This document shows positions 30,034-39,132 of a stretch of DNA of 64,000 bases, one piece after another. How positions within the stretch are numbered: the stretch's first letter is position 1; every line of letters starts with the position of its first letter. Source of the stretch: an uncultured Candidatus Rokubacteria bacterium (lineage in GTDB: Bacteria > Methylomirabilota > Methylomirabilia > Rokubacteriales > CSP1-6); NCBI GenBank assembly GCA_963840495.1, contig CAWIZN010000033.1, positions 12,049 to 76,048 on the forward strand, read 5' to 3'. The position numbers and the translations under genes are program-made. The notes under the pieces were generated by a model, which saw only the letters and a program-made list of their open reading frames with translations, was not told the DNA's origin and did no database searches.

Positions 30034-30268
30034 TCACCCCGGCCCATCGCGGCAGGGACAGCGTGATGCCGGGGAAGACGATGAGCCCGGAAGGGGCCCG
30101 CGAACAGAGCGAGACACAAAGCCCGTTCTATGACAGCGGCAGTCAGCAAAGGCCAGGGATGATCGTCGCATTGCGCTCCAGCAATTCCGGGCGCATCCTA
30201 GCCGGACGGCAAAGGCCCGACCGACCCGCGACGTTGGTGACCGCGCGCCGGCGTCGAGGAGTTCCATC

Positions 30269-30535
30269 ATGACCGATGCGCCCGACCAGGCACTCGAGTC
30301 CCGTGTATGGGTAGACGTGATCGACCCCGCGACCAAGGACGGCCGTCTTGCCGTCACCAACTGGGACGAGCAGATGCCCGTCGAATGGGCGGTTCCAGCC
30401 CCGGCGCGGGAGAGCGACCTCGTCCTCGGCTGGGTCACCGGCGGCACCGGCTTCCGCTATCTGCTCACATCCAAGGGGCGCCGCGAACACCCTCGGCCGA
30501 CGAGCACGGGCCCCAGCAGGGGACGCTGGCCGTGA
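30269..30535 (+). CDS. Hypothetical protein inside the ~1.1-kb inserted segment, possibly frameshifted and continuing to ~30730
   Basis: ATG after a GAGGAG-like site. 88 aa, and coding-like sequence continues in another frame (..LAVIEPILPSLRMPRLKVDATLRSWWLVRYNMQGVV..). Confidence 0.25.
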   Translation: MTDAPDQALESRVWVDVIDPATKDGRLAVTNWDEQMPVEWAVPAPARESDLVLGWVTGGTGFRYLLTSKGRREHPRPTSTGPSRGRWP

Positions 30536-31100
30536 TCGAGCCGATCCTACCCTCGCTCCGGATGCCACGGCTCAAGGTCGACGCGACACTCAGGTCCTGG
30601 TGGCTGGTGCGCTACAACATGCAGGGCGTCGTCCGCGCGCAGGAGAGCAGCCTGACGCGGGACCGCCAGTCGGGGCGCATTCCTCCGGCTGCTGGAGAGC
30701 GTCGCGCCGAAGGCCGCGGCGAAGCTGTGGGGCCAGGGCGCCGACGCCGAGGCGGCGGCGGCGGCAATCGGCCCCGGACACCCTCACCGATGATGTCGCC
30801 GTGCCTCGACGAGGGCTCCACCACTCCCGTGCAGATGACCGTCACGCGCACGCTCGGGAGCGTGCTGGCGCGGGCCTCCGCCATCAACGAAAAGATGAAT
30901 TCGGGATGCAGGAACGCGGTGAGCCCTGGACGACCATGCCCGCGGCCCGCGTCGCCGAATGGCTGGACCCCGTCGGACGATACACCTTCAATCTGACGCG
31001 GTCGGCGGTCGGGGCCGACGGTGCCGGCCGAAATACCGACGCCAGAGGCACCGCCATGAGCTCAGGAATGGTTGATTCGTCGGCGGCGAGGTCGTCCTCG

Positions 31101-32384
31101 CTACCTGATCGCCCCGGCCCAGCGCGGCAGGAACAGCGTGAGCCCGGGGAAGACGATGAGCAGGAGCAGTCCCGCGAGCAGCGCGAGCAGATAGGGCCAG
31201 TAGGCCTTGAAGTGCTGGCCCACCGAGATATTGGCGAAGCGCAGCGCCATCAGGAGGCCGACGCCGATCGGCGGCAGGAAGAGCCCGATCCCCACCGCCG
31301 CGGTCAGGACGATATTGAAGTGCACCGGGTGGATGCCCACCTCCTTGGCGATGGGAAACACCACGGGCACGAGCACCACCGCGGCGGGTAGCCCTTCCAG
31401 CACCATTCCGAAGAGGATCACGATGAGGCTCACGGCGACCAGGAAGAGCCACGGCGTGGACGCCAGCGGCCCGAGCACCTCGCCCAGCATCCGCGGCACG
31501 CCGAGCATGCCCATGAGGAACTGGTAGACGCTGGCGACGGCGAGGAGGAAGATGACCGCCGCGGTGAGGAGCGCGCTCTCGTAGATGAGCTTCAGCATCT
31601 CGCGCCACGTCACGTTCTTGTAGTAGAAGAACGCCGCGGCCATGGCATAGGCGGCCACCAGCGCGCCCGCCTCGGTGGCGGTGAACACGCCGAAGAAGAA
31701 CCCCAGCACGATGATGACGGGGACGACCAGCGGCACGAGCGATGCCCTTCCTGCTTCGATGAAGCGCGGCCAGGTCGGAGGCTCGTCCTTGGGCCAACTG
31801 AGGCGATGCGCCTGCAGGAGGATCACCGCCATCAGGCAGAGGGCGCTCACCGCCGCGGGGATGAAGCCGCCGAGGAAGATCCCGACCACGGAGGTGTCGG
31901 TGATCTGGCCGAGCACGATCATGAAGATGGCGGGCGGCACCAGGATGCCCATGGCGGAGGCCGAGGCCACGAGCGAGACGGCGTGCTCCGGCTTGTAGCC
32001 GGCGCGCAGCATGGGCGGCGTCAGCATGGAGCCGATGGCCGACACGTCCGCGATGGTCGAGCCCGAGATGCCCGAGAAGAAGTACTCGGCCAGCACCACC
32101 GACATGCCGAGCCCGCCCCGCACCCAGCCCACGAGCACGCGCGCCAGATTGACGAGCGCATACGACATCCCACAGCGCTCCATGAGATTGCCGGCGAACA
32201 CGAAGGTCGGGATGGCCAGGAGCACCCAGTGCTGGGTCCCCGCCACCAGGCTCGACGGCAGCTTCTCCAGCGAGAAGTTGCCGATGAGGAGCCCGACGAA
32301 TCCCGAGAGGCCGAGGGCGAAGACGATGGGCATCGACAAGGCGGCGAGCACGACGAACGACAGCCCGACCGCAGCGAACAGCAC
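31101..32384 (-). CDS. dctM: TRAP transporter large permease subunit
   Basis: 427 aa with 12+ TM segments and a typical DctM sequence. 4-nt overlap with dctQ. Confidence 0.75.
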   Translation of the reverse strand: MLFAAVGLSFVVLAALSMPIVFALGLSGFVGLLIGNFSLEKLPSSLVAGTQHWVLLAIPTFVFAGNLMERCGMSYALVNLARVLVGWVRGGLGMSVVLAEYFFSGISGSTIADVSAIGSMLTPPMLRAGYKPEHAVSLVASASAMGILVPPAIFMIVLGQITDTSVVGIFLGGFIPAAVSALCLMAVILLQAHRLSWPKDEPPTWPRFIEAGRASLVPLVVPVIIVLGFFFGVFTATEAGALVAAYAMAAAFFYYKNVTWREMLKLIYESALLTAAVIFLLAVASVYQFLMGMLGVPRMLGEVLGPLASTPWLFLVAVSLIVILFGMVLEGLPAAVVLVPVVFPIAKEVGIHPVHFNIVLTAAVGIGLFLPPIGVGLLMALRFANISVGQHFKAYWPYLLALLAGLLLLIVFPGLTLFLPRWAGAIR

Positions 32385-32387
32385 GGC

Positions 32388-32912
32388 TCAGTGGCCCTCG
32401 GGGCCCTGCAGCGCGGGCCAGCGCCCGCGCCAGCCGTCCGCGATCGACGCGAGGCTGTAGATCACGATGAGCACTCCGCCCGCCACGGACGACAGGTAGA
32501 GCCAGCGCAGGTTCAAGTCGAGCGCGGGGGACCACGACTGGCTGTTCAGCTCCGCCACCCGCCAGCCGAACACGGCGATGAGGACGCCGAACGCGGCGAT
32601 GAGCAGGTAGTGGATGGTGAAGACGGCCAGGCGCACGCGAGCGGGCAGGCGGTCGGTGATCATCTGGACGGAGAAGTGGATGCCCTTGCGGATGCCGATG
32701 GCCGCGCCGATGAACGACATCCACGCCAGGCACAGCTCGCCGATCTCCTCCACCCAGAAGAAGCGGATGGACGGCAGATCGAAGACCGCGGACGCCTTGG
32801 TCATGACGTAGCGCAGGAACACGCCGGTGAGCATGTCGGCGATGGCCACGAGCATCAGGACCGTGACGACCACGTGGGGCGTGGCGGCGATGACCCGCGC
32901 GAGCCGTCTCAT
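32388..32912 (-). CDS. dctQ: TRAP transporter small permease subunit
   Basis: ATG (cat 32910..32912) gives MRRLARVIAATPHVVVTVLMLVAI.. 174 aa with four TM segments, immediately upstream of dctM. Confidence 0.65.
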   Translation of the reverse strand: MRRLARVIAATPHVVVTVLMLVAIADMLTGVFLRYVMTKASAVFDLPSIRFFWVEEIGELCLAWMSFIGAAIGIRKGIHFSVQMITDRLPARVRLAVFTIHYLLIAAFGVLIAVFGWRVAELNSQSWSPALDLNLRWLYLSSVAGGVLIVIYSLASIADGWRGRWPALQGPEGH

Positions 32913-32985
32913 GGCCCGCGGATCGTAGACCGCCCCGCGATCGGAAGTCAAGCGCCGCCCTCGCTCGCTAGCAGGATACGGAAAA

Positions 32986-33162
32986 CTCGCAGGATGCTCA
33001 AAAAGGTCCAGATGCGAGGCGGCGCCCGACGGCCGCACGCGAGGCGTAGTCTCGGCTGCTCGAGTCGCGGATCTGGATCGCCGGGCATCGTGGCTCGCCA
33101 GCGTGAGCGTGCGGCCGCGGGACGCCGAACCGCAGATGGGCCTTTTTCAGCATCCTGCGAGG
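32986..33162. mobile_element. MITE-like element copy B in the dctQ/dctP divergent intergenic region
   Basis: 5' ctcgcaggatgctcaaaaaggtccagatgcgagg. The 3' ..cgcagatgggcctttttcagcatcctgcgagg is its near-perfect reverse complement. Confidence 0.65.
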
Positions 33163-33262
33163 CTTGACTTTGCCGGGCGGATCATCGCCTATAGAGACGC
33201 CCGGGCCGGGGGCGCCGCCGGCCGCTGCCACGCGATGACGCGTCGCTACCAAAGGAGGCCCT

Positions 33263-34270
33263 ATGCGCGGATTGCTTCGCGGTTTCGCCGTCGTCACGCT
33301 CATCGCCGCGGTGACCGTCGCCGCCGGCGTCTCGTCCGTCTCGAGCCAGGCCAAGCCCGCGCCGAAGAAGCTCGACATCGCCTACCTCACGGCCCCGCCC
33401 GAGTCGGGGGCCACCGGGCTGAAGTTCATGGCCGAGGAGGTGACGAAGCGCTCCAACGGGGCGATCAACATGGTCTTTCATGGCGGGACGCTCCTCAACA
33501 AGGAGCTCGAGATCATGGATGCGGTGAAATCGGGCAACGTCGCCATCGGCTGCCCGAGCGGCGCCGCCTCGACGGTGTTCCCCGAGATGGGCGTCTTCCT
33601 GACGCCGTATCTCGTCCGCGACTACCAGCACGCCTACGCGATGTTCAATGGCCAGATCGGCAAGGACCTCGACGAGACCTTCCAGAAGAAGTACAAGCTC
33701 AAGGTGCTGTTCTTCTTCGACTACGGCTTCCGCCACTTCTGGAACAGCAAGCGGCCCATCAATAACCCCGCCGATCTCAAGGGCCTCAAGATGCGCGTGC
33801 AGCAGGGACGCGTCTTCGCCGACACCGTGAACGGCCTCGGCGCGAGCGCGGTGCCGATGCCGTGGGGTGAGGTCATCCCCGCCGCCCAGCAGGGCGTCAT
33901 CGACGGCGCCGACCTGCCCATCGTCAACATCAACGCGCTCAAGATCTACGAGGTCTCGAAGTTCACCTCGATGACCTTCCACAACTACGGGCCCACCGTC
34001 GTCGTGATGAACCTCGACATCTGGAAGGGCCTCCCCGCCGACCAGCAGAAGCTCATCCTGGACATGTCGATGGAGGCCCAGAAGAAGATCCGGGAGGCCA
34101 CCGAGAGCGTGGACAACTTCGCCAAGGCCAAGGAGATCCTCGAGGCCAAGGGCATGAAGGTGAATCAGGCCGACGTCTCCTCGTTCCGCAAGCTGGCCGA
34201 GGAGAAGATCTGGCCCCAGTACAAGCAGCAGTACGCCGAGATGTGGGACAAGATCGTCAACACCAAGTAG
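33263..34270 (+). CDS. dctP: TRAP transporter substrate-binding protein (DctP family)
   Basis: ATG after AAGGAGG. Signal peptide MRGLLRGFAVVTLIAAVTVAAG, DctP-family length and motifs. Confidence 0.7.
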   Translation: MRGLLRGFAVVTLIAAVTVAAGVSSVSSQAKPAPKKLDIAYLTAPPESGATGLKFMAEEVTKRSNGAINMVFHGGTLLNKELEIMDAVKSGNVAIGCPSGAASTVFPEMGVFLTPYLVRDYQHAYAMFNGQIGKDLDETFQKKYKLKVLFFFDYGFRHFWNSKRPINNPADLKGLKMRVQQGRVFADTVNGLGASAVPMPWGEVIPAAQQGVIDGADLPIVNINALKIYEVSKFTSMTFHNYGPTVVVMNLDIWKGLPADQQKLILDMSMEAQKKIREATESVDNFAKAKEILEAKGMKVNQADVSSFRKLAEEKIWPQYKQQYAEMWDKIVNTK

Positions 34271-34283
34271 GAGGCGGCGACCC

Positions 34284-34763
34284 ATGGCGCTCAAGCGCTC
34301 CCAGATCACCCTGAGCGACGATGAGATGCAGGCGTTCTTCGACGAGGAGCGCGTGGTGACGATCGCGACGATCGGGCCCAATGGCCGCCCGCACCTCATG
34401 CCGCTCTGGTACGTCGTCGACAAGGGGCTGATCGCGGGGTGGACGTTCGGCAAGTCGCAGAAGGTCCGGAACCTCGAGCGGGTGCCGCAGGCGACGCTCC
34501 AGATCGAGGCCGGGCGCGACCGCTATCAGGAGCTGCGCGGGGTGATGCTCGAGTGCGACGTCGAGATCCTCCGCGACCAGGCCGACGTGGAGGCCATCGG
34601 CCTCGCGCTCGCGCGCCGCTACGCCGGGCTACCGGCGGGCGCCGACGTCTCCGCCGAGGCGAGGGCGGGGGTGCTCAAGCAGGCGCCCAAGCGCGTGGGG
34701 CTGCGCTTCACCCCGACCCGCGTGGTGAGCTGGGACCACCGAAAGCTCGGCGGGGGCTACTGA
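34284..34763 (+). CDS. Pyridoxamine-5'-phosphate-oxidase-fold (PPOX class, possibly F420/FMN-binding) protein
   Basis: 159 aa. ..VVTIATIGPNGRPHLMPLWYVV.. is the split-barrel FMN-binding fold signature. Confidence 0.55.
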   Translation: MALKRSQITLSDDEMQAFFDEERVVTIATIGPNGRPHLMPLWYVVDKGLIAGWTFGKSQKVRNLERVPQATLQIEAGRDRYQELRGVMLECDVEILRDQADVEAIGLALARRYAGLPAGADVSAEARAGVLKQAPKRVGLRFTPTRVVSWDHRKLGGGY

Positions 34764-34794
34764 CCTCGGCGCGCCGGCCGCGACGTCGGTCGGC

Positions 34795-35787
34795 TCAGTT
34801 GCCGAGCATGTCCTTGATGGCCTCGAGCACCGGATTGGGCGACGACGGCCTGGTCGCCGTCGCGGGCCGGCCCGGCTTGCGAACGTACTTCGCGACACAG
34901 TCGTACTGATCCCATCCTTTCAGGGGGAAATTCAGGTCGACGGCCTTCCATTTCGGATGGCCGTTCTTCTTGAGCCACTCGAGGCCGTCGGACATCGCCA
35001 GCGCGAACCGCCCGATCACCTCGCAGTCCCTCTGGCGGAAGTCGAAGGAGACGAGGACGGCCTTGACCGCCACCGTGGTGATAGGCGTCGCCTGCCACGT
35101 GTAGGTGCCCGCGGGAATCTCGACGACGGGATAGAACTCCGCGATGCTCTTGTTGGTGATCGGGATGAGGGCGAGGCCATCGTCGGCCGTCACCTTCTCG
35201 GTCAGGAGTCGGACGGGATAGCCCGCCACGTAGAACATGGCGTCGATGCGCCCGGCCTTCAGCTCCGCGAGCGCCTCGTCGGTGTCGATCGGGACCATCT
35301 CCTTGGGCACGACCTCCGACGTCTTGAAGAGGAGCCGGCTGGTGAGATACGTACCGCTGCCCTCGCGCCCGATGGCGACGCGTCTGTCCGCGAGGTCGTC
35401 GAAGGTGGCGATATCGCGACGGCCGAGGAGATGGATCTCCTCGTTGTAGAGCGGGAACACCATCTTCGTCTTGCTCGCGATTCGCTTCAAGACCGGATCC
35501 GTCTGAATCCGGCTGACGAAGGCCAGGACGTCGGCCTGGACGATCCCCATCTGAACGCCGGGCCGCTGGTACACCGCGTAGATGTTCTCCACCGACCCTC
35601 GAGACGGATACACGGTCAAGTCAATGGCCTGTGGCTTGATCAGCGCCTGCAGGTTCAAGCCGAACTGATAGTAGGTCCCCTTGTCACTCCCCGTGATCAG
35701 GCCCAGGCTCTCCGCGGCCAAGGCCATCTGTCCGGCCATCGCGAATAGGGCGATGCCGACCCCCAACCCCACCAGCCCTCTCCTCAT
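34795..35787 (-). CDS. TAXI-family TRAP transporter solute-binding protein
   Basis: ATG (cat 35785..35787) after AGGAGG. Signal peptide MRRGLVGLGVGIALFAMAGQMALA. The ..LITGSDKGTYYQFG.. motif is typical of TAXI/Imp binding proteins. Confidence 0.6.
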   Translation of the reverse strand: MRRGLVGLGVGIALFAMAGQMALAAESLGLITGSDKGTYYQFGLNLQALIKPQAIDLTVYPSRGSVENIYAVYQRPGVQMGIVQADVLAFVSRIQTDPVLKRIASKTKMVFPLYNEEIHLLGRRDIATFDDLADRRVAIGREGSGTYLTSRLLFKTSEVVPKEMVPIDTDEALAELKAGRIDAMFYVAGYPVRLLTEKVTADDGLALIPITNKSIAEFYPVVEIPAGTYTWQATPITTVAVKAVLVSFDFRQRDCEVIGRFALAMSDGLEWLKKNGHPKWKAVDLNFPLKGWDQYDCVAKYVRKPGRPATATRPSSPNPVLEAIKDMLGN

Positions 35788-35991
35788 GGCACGTTCCTCC
35801 TTCCCCACTGGCAAACCGTTGGTATCCGGCAACCAGTGATTGGGTCGAACGGTATGCCCGAAGCGGGCCTCGGTCAAGTGGACCTAGCGCAGTGGTCATT
35901 TGAGCGAGGCGAAGGTGTGACAAACACCGGATGCGCGGCGCGCGCTTGTCTCGCTCGCGAGGGTCGTGCTACAACTGCCGCGGAGACTATC

Positions 35992-36984
35992 ATGCCCCAT
36001 GCATCGGTTGACGGCATCAAGCTCTACTACGAGGAAGCGGGGACGGGCGCGCCGCTCGTCTTCGTCCACGAGTTCGCCGGGGATGCCCGGAGCTGGCACC
36101 TGCAGATGCGCTTCTTCGCCCGGCGCTACCGGTGCATCGCCTTCAATGCCCGCGGCTATCCGCCCTCGGACGTGCCCGACGATCCCGGCGCCTACTCCCA
36201 GCAGCGCGCCGTCGACGACATCAAGGGCGTGCTCGACCACCTGGGCATCGCCAAGGCCCACGTGTGCGGGCTGTCGATGGGCGGCTACGCCACGCTGCTC
36301 TTCGGCCTCAAGTATCCCGAGCGCGCGCTGTCGCTCGTCGTCGCGGGCTGCGGCTACGGCAGCGTCATCGCCGACCGCGAGGCGTTCAAGAAGGACTCCG
36401 ACCTCGTCGCCCGGCGCTTCGAGGCCGACGGCATGGCGAAGGTGGCGGAGTTCTACAGCCGGGGCCCGACGCGCGTGCAGTTCATCGACAAGGACCCGCA
36501 GGGCTGGCAGGAGTTCCACGACCAGTTCGCCGCCGGCTCCGCCCGCGGCCATGCCTTGACCCTGCGCGGGGTGCAGATGACGCGCCCGTCCGTCTTCGAG
36601 CTCGGCGAGCAGATGGAGCGCCTCGAGACGCCGACGCTGGTGATGACCGGCGACGAGGACGAGCCCTGCCTCGAGCCGAACGTCTTCATGAAGCGCAAGA
36701 TCCCCGCGGCCGGACTCGTCGTCCTCCCCAAGGCGGGCCACACCATCAACCTCGAGGACCCCGAGGCCTTCAACCGCGCCGTCCTCGACTTCCTCACCGC
36801 CGTCGACGCCGGCCGCTGGCCGCGCCGCAATCCCGCCTCGCTCGCCAAGTCGGCGATCCTGCCTTCGCATTCCGCAGTCCGTCGAGCTCGCGTAGCGCGC
36901 CGGGCGTATGGCAGATACTCGGCTCGCCGGTCTCCGGGCACAGACCACGGTGAGGAACTGATCCGGTGGGCGGGGGACGTATGA
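35992..36984 (+). CDS. Alpha/beta-hydrolase fold protein
   Basis: HEFAG oxyanion region, nucleophile elbow GLSMGG, catalytic D/H near the C-terminus (..GHTINLEDP..). Confidence 0.65.
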   Translation: MPHASVDGIKLYYEEAGTGAPLVFVHEFAGDARSWHLQMRFFARRYRCIAFNARGYPPSDVPDDPGAYSQQRAVDDIKGVLDHLGIAKAHVCGLSMGGYATLLFGLKYPERALSLVVAGCGYGSVIADREAFKKDSDLVARRFEADGMAKVAEFYSRGPTRVQFIDKDPQGWQEFHDQFAAGSARGHALTLRGVQMTRPSVFELGEQMERLETPTLVMTGDEDEPCLEPNVFMKRKIPAAGLVVLPKAGHTINLEDPEAFNRAVLDFLTAVDAGRWPRRNPASLAKSAILPSHSAVRRARVARRAYGRYSARRSPGTDHGEELIRWAGDV

Positions 36985-38033
36985 GTTACGCGATACCGCT
37001 GGCCAATCCCAGCCGAGCACTGACGGTGACGGCGCGCGCCGGGCTGGGTAACCGGCTGAAGGTTCTTCTGTCGGGGATAGCCCTGGCCGAAGCAAGCCGG
37101 CGCGCCTTTACGATGGTGTGGCCGCGGACGCACGGCTGTAATTGTTCGTTTGACCGTTTGTTTCAGAACGGCTGGAATGTCACGGAGGAGAGGCTGGCGG
37201 ATGAAGAGCGAGTGATCGAGTTGAGTTTTTGTCCTTGGCTTCGCTTTCCCGATTTATTGAGCAGGACCGAGCAGGAGATTGTGGTCCGCCATCATAGTTG
37301 GCTGATCCAGCCGCAACGTTTTGCAACGCATGCGGAACTGGCCAAGCGCTGCGAAGAGCTGATGGGTGAACTGGCACCTGTTCCTCTCGTCGAGGAGCAG
37401 GTGGCCGCCTTTCAGACCGCGTCGTTTCGGCCCACGATGATCGGCGTCCACCTGCGGCGAGGTGATATGGTCACGGCCCGGCCACACAGGGTGGGCAATC
37501 TGCACGCGGCGTTGCAGGTCGTCGATCGCTGGTTGGAGCAGGAGCCGGAAGCCGGCATTTTTCTGTGTACCGATGACGGGGCCAATGATCACAGGGGAGG
37601 TCAAGAGATTCGCCGTGAGGGTATCCACGACGAGTTTGGCAGACGCTACGGGTCGCGCGTCGTTAGCAGGCAACCACGGAGCCTGGACCGCAATCAGCCG
37701 GAAGCTATCGAGGATGCGCTGGTGGATCTGTGGTTGCTGCGGAAAACGGATCTGTTCGTGGGGACGGCCGGTAGCACATTCTCTGAGATGGCCGTTTATG
37801 GACGCACTGTTCCGGCGGTGATGACGGCCGATCCCACGCCGCGTTATCAACAGCACGAGCGCTGGCTCAAACGAACAGGAGTACGTTACTTGCTGCGCGC
37901 GTTCATCTGGGCCGAGTTTGGGCACGACGCGCCCTGTTTCATGCTCTGGCGGCGCTATCGGCGGCGGTTGCGGTCAGCGGTTCGCGCTCTTGCGTCGGGC
38001 CTTTGGTCGCGCCCAGGGCGAAAGCGAGTGTAG
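36981..38033 (+). CDS. GT11-like glycosyltransferase (alpha-1,2-fucosyltransferase-like) in a low-GC island. The 3' end may be shorter.
   Basis: AGLGNRLKVLLSG (GGLGNQ-like), GVHLRRGDM (HxRRGD motif I), IFLCTDDG, GTAGSTFSEMA (STFS motif). GC is ~57% versus ~70% in the flanks. Confidence 0.45.
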   Translation: MSYAIPLANPSRALTVTARAGLGNRLKVLLSGIALAEASRRAFTMVWPRTHGCNCSFDRLFQNGWNVTEERLADEERVIELSFCPWLRFPDLLSRTEQEIVVRHHSWLIQPQRFATHAELAKRCEELMGELAPVPLVEEQVAAFQTASFRPTMIGVHLRRGDMVTARPHRVGNLHAALQVVDRWLEQEPEAGIFLCTDDGANDHRGGQEIRREGIHDEFGRRYGSRVVSRQPRSLDRNQPEAIEDALVDLWLLRKTDLFVGTAGSTFSEMAVYGRTVPAVMTADPTPRYQQHERWLKRTGVRYLLRAFIWAEFGHDAPCFMLWRRYRRRLRSAVRALASGLWSRPGRKRV

Positions 38034-39098
38034 GCAACGTGTGCCTGGCTGCGGCGCCAGCCGGTCAGGAGCGCTCGGAGCGCACGAGGCGCGCGCGCGG
38101 CGGTGAGCGCTTGGAGCTTGCCGAAGGCCGTCGCGCGGGGGAGATATTTCATCCCGCAATCGGGCGCTAGGATGAGGCGCTCCGGTGGCACCCTCGTGAG
38201 CCCGGCGCGGATCCGCGCCGCCACTTGGTCCGGCGTTTCGACGGCCGGGTCGGCGAGGTCGATCACGCCGAGGATGATCGTCTTGCCGGAGAGATCGGCG
38301 AGGATGCCCAGGTCCAGCTTGGGCTGCGCGGCCTCGATGGAGATCTGCGCGGCGGTGGTCGCCGCGAGCTCGGGCAGGAACGAGTAGCCGCTGGGCTTCT
38401 GGTGCCGGACGACCGCCGCGTACCCGAAGCAGAGGTGCAGCGCGGTCGGGACGGTGATCCCCGCGAGCGCCCGGTTGATCGCGGGCACGGCAAAGCGCTT
38501 GGCCGCCTCGGGGTCGTTGCGGAGCCAGGGCTCGTCGAGCTGGATGACGTCCGCGCCCGCCGCCTGGAGGTCATGCGCCTCGGCGTTCACCGCCGCGGCG
38601 AAGTCCATGGCCATCTCCTCCACGTCGCGGTAGAACTCATTCCGGGCCTGCTGGGCCATCGTGAACGGGCCGGGCAGCGTGATCTTGGCGGGGCGATCCG
38701 TGTTGCGGCGGAGGAACTGCATGTCCCGCAGCTCGACCGGGTGCGAGCCGAACGATCCGGCCGACCACCCGCGGCACCGCGGTCTCGTCGCCGGTGCGAT
38801 TGCGGATCACGCCGGGGTTGTCGACGTCCACGCCGTCGAGCGCGGTGGCGAACCGGTTCGAATAGCTCTCGCGCCGGATCTCGCCGTCGCTCACGATGTC
38901 GATGCCGGCTCGCTCCATGTCGCGGATGGCGACCACGGTGGCATCGTCCTGCGCTTGCTCCAGGAAGGCCTCGGGCACCCGCCACATCGCCTGCAGGCGG
39001 ACGCGCGGAACGCCCTTCGACAGCATCGCCCGGTCGACGAGCCAGTCGGGCTGCGGATAGCTGCCGACCACCGTGGTCGTGAGCACCGGCGGCGCCAT
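37955..39098 (-). CDS. Cobalamin-independent methionine-synthase-like (MetE C-terminal domain family) protein, frameshifted near 38730
   Basis: ORF 38637..39098 gives ..VVGSYPQPDWL..RDMERAGIDIVSDGEIRRESYSNRF.. ORF 37955..38722 continues ..LRRNTDRPAKITLPGPFT..HLCFGY..APDCGMKYLPR.. Confidence 0.55.
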
Positions 39099-39132
39099 GC
39101 CGACCGTGTCGTCGGCCGCTCGGCGGATCAGC

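Noticed and set aside
33167-33200. Sigma-70-like promoter (TTGACT ... TATAGA) for dctP immediately after MITE B
   Set aside because: The spacer is ~20 nt, too long for a confident call. Noted only as a possibility.
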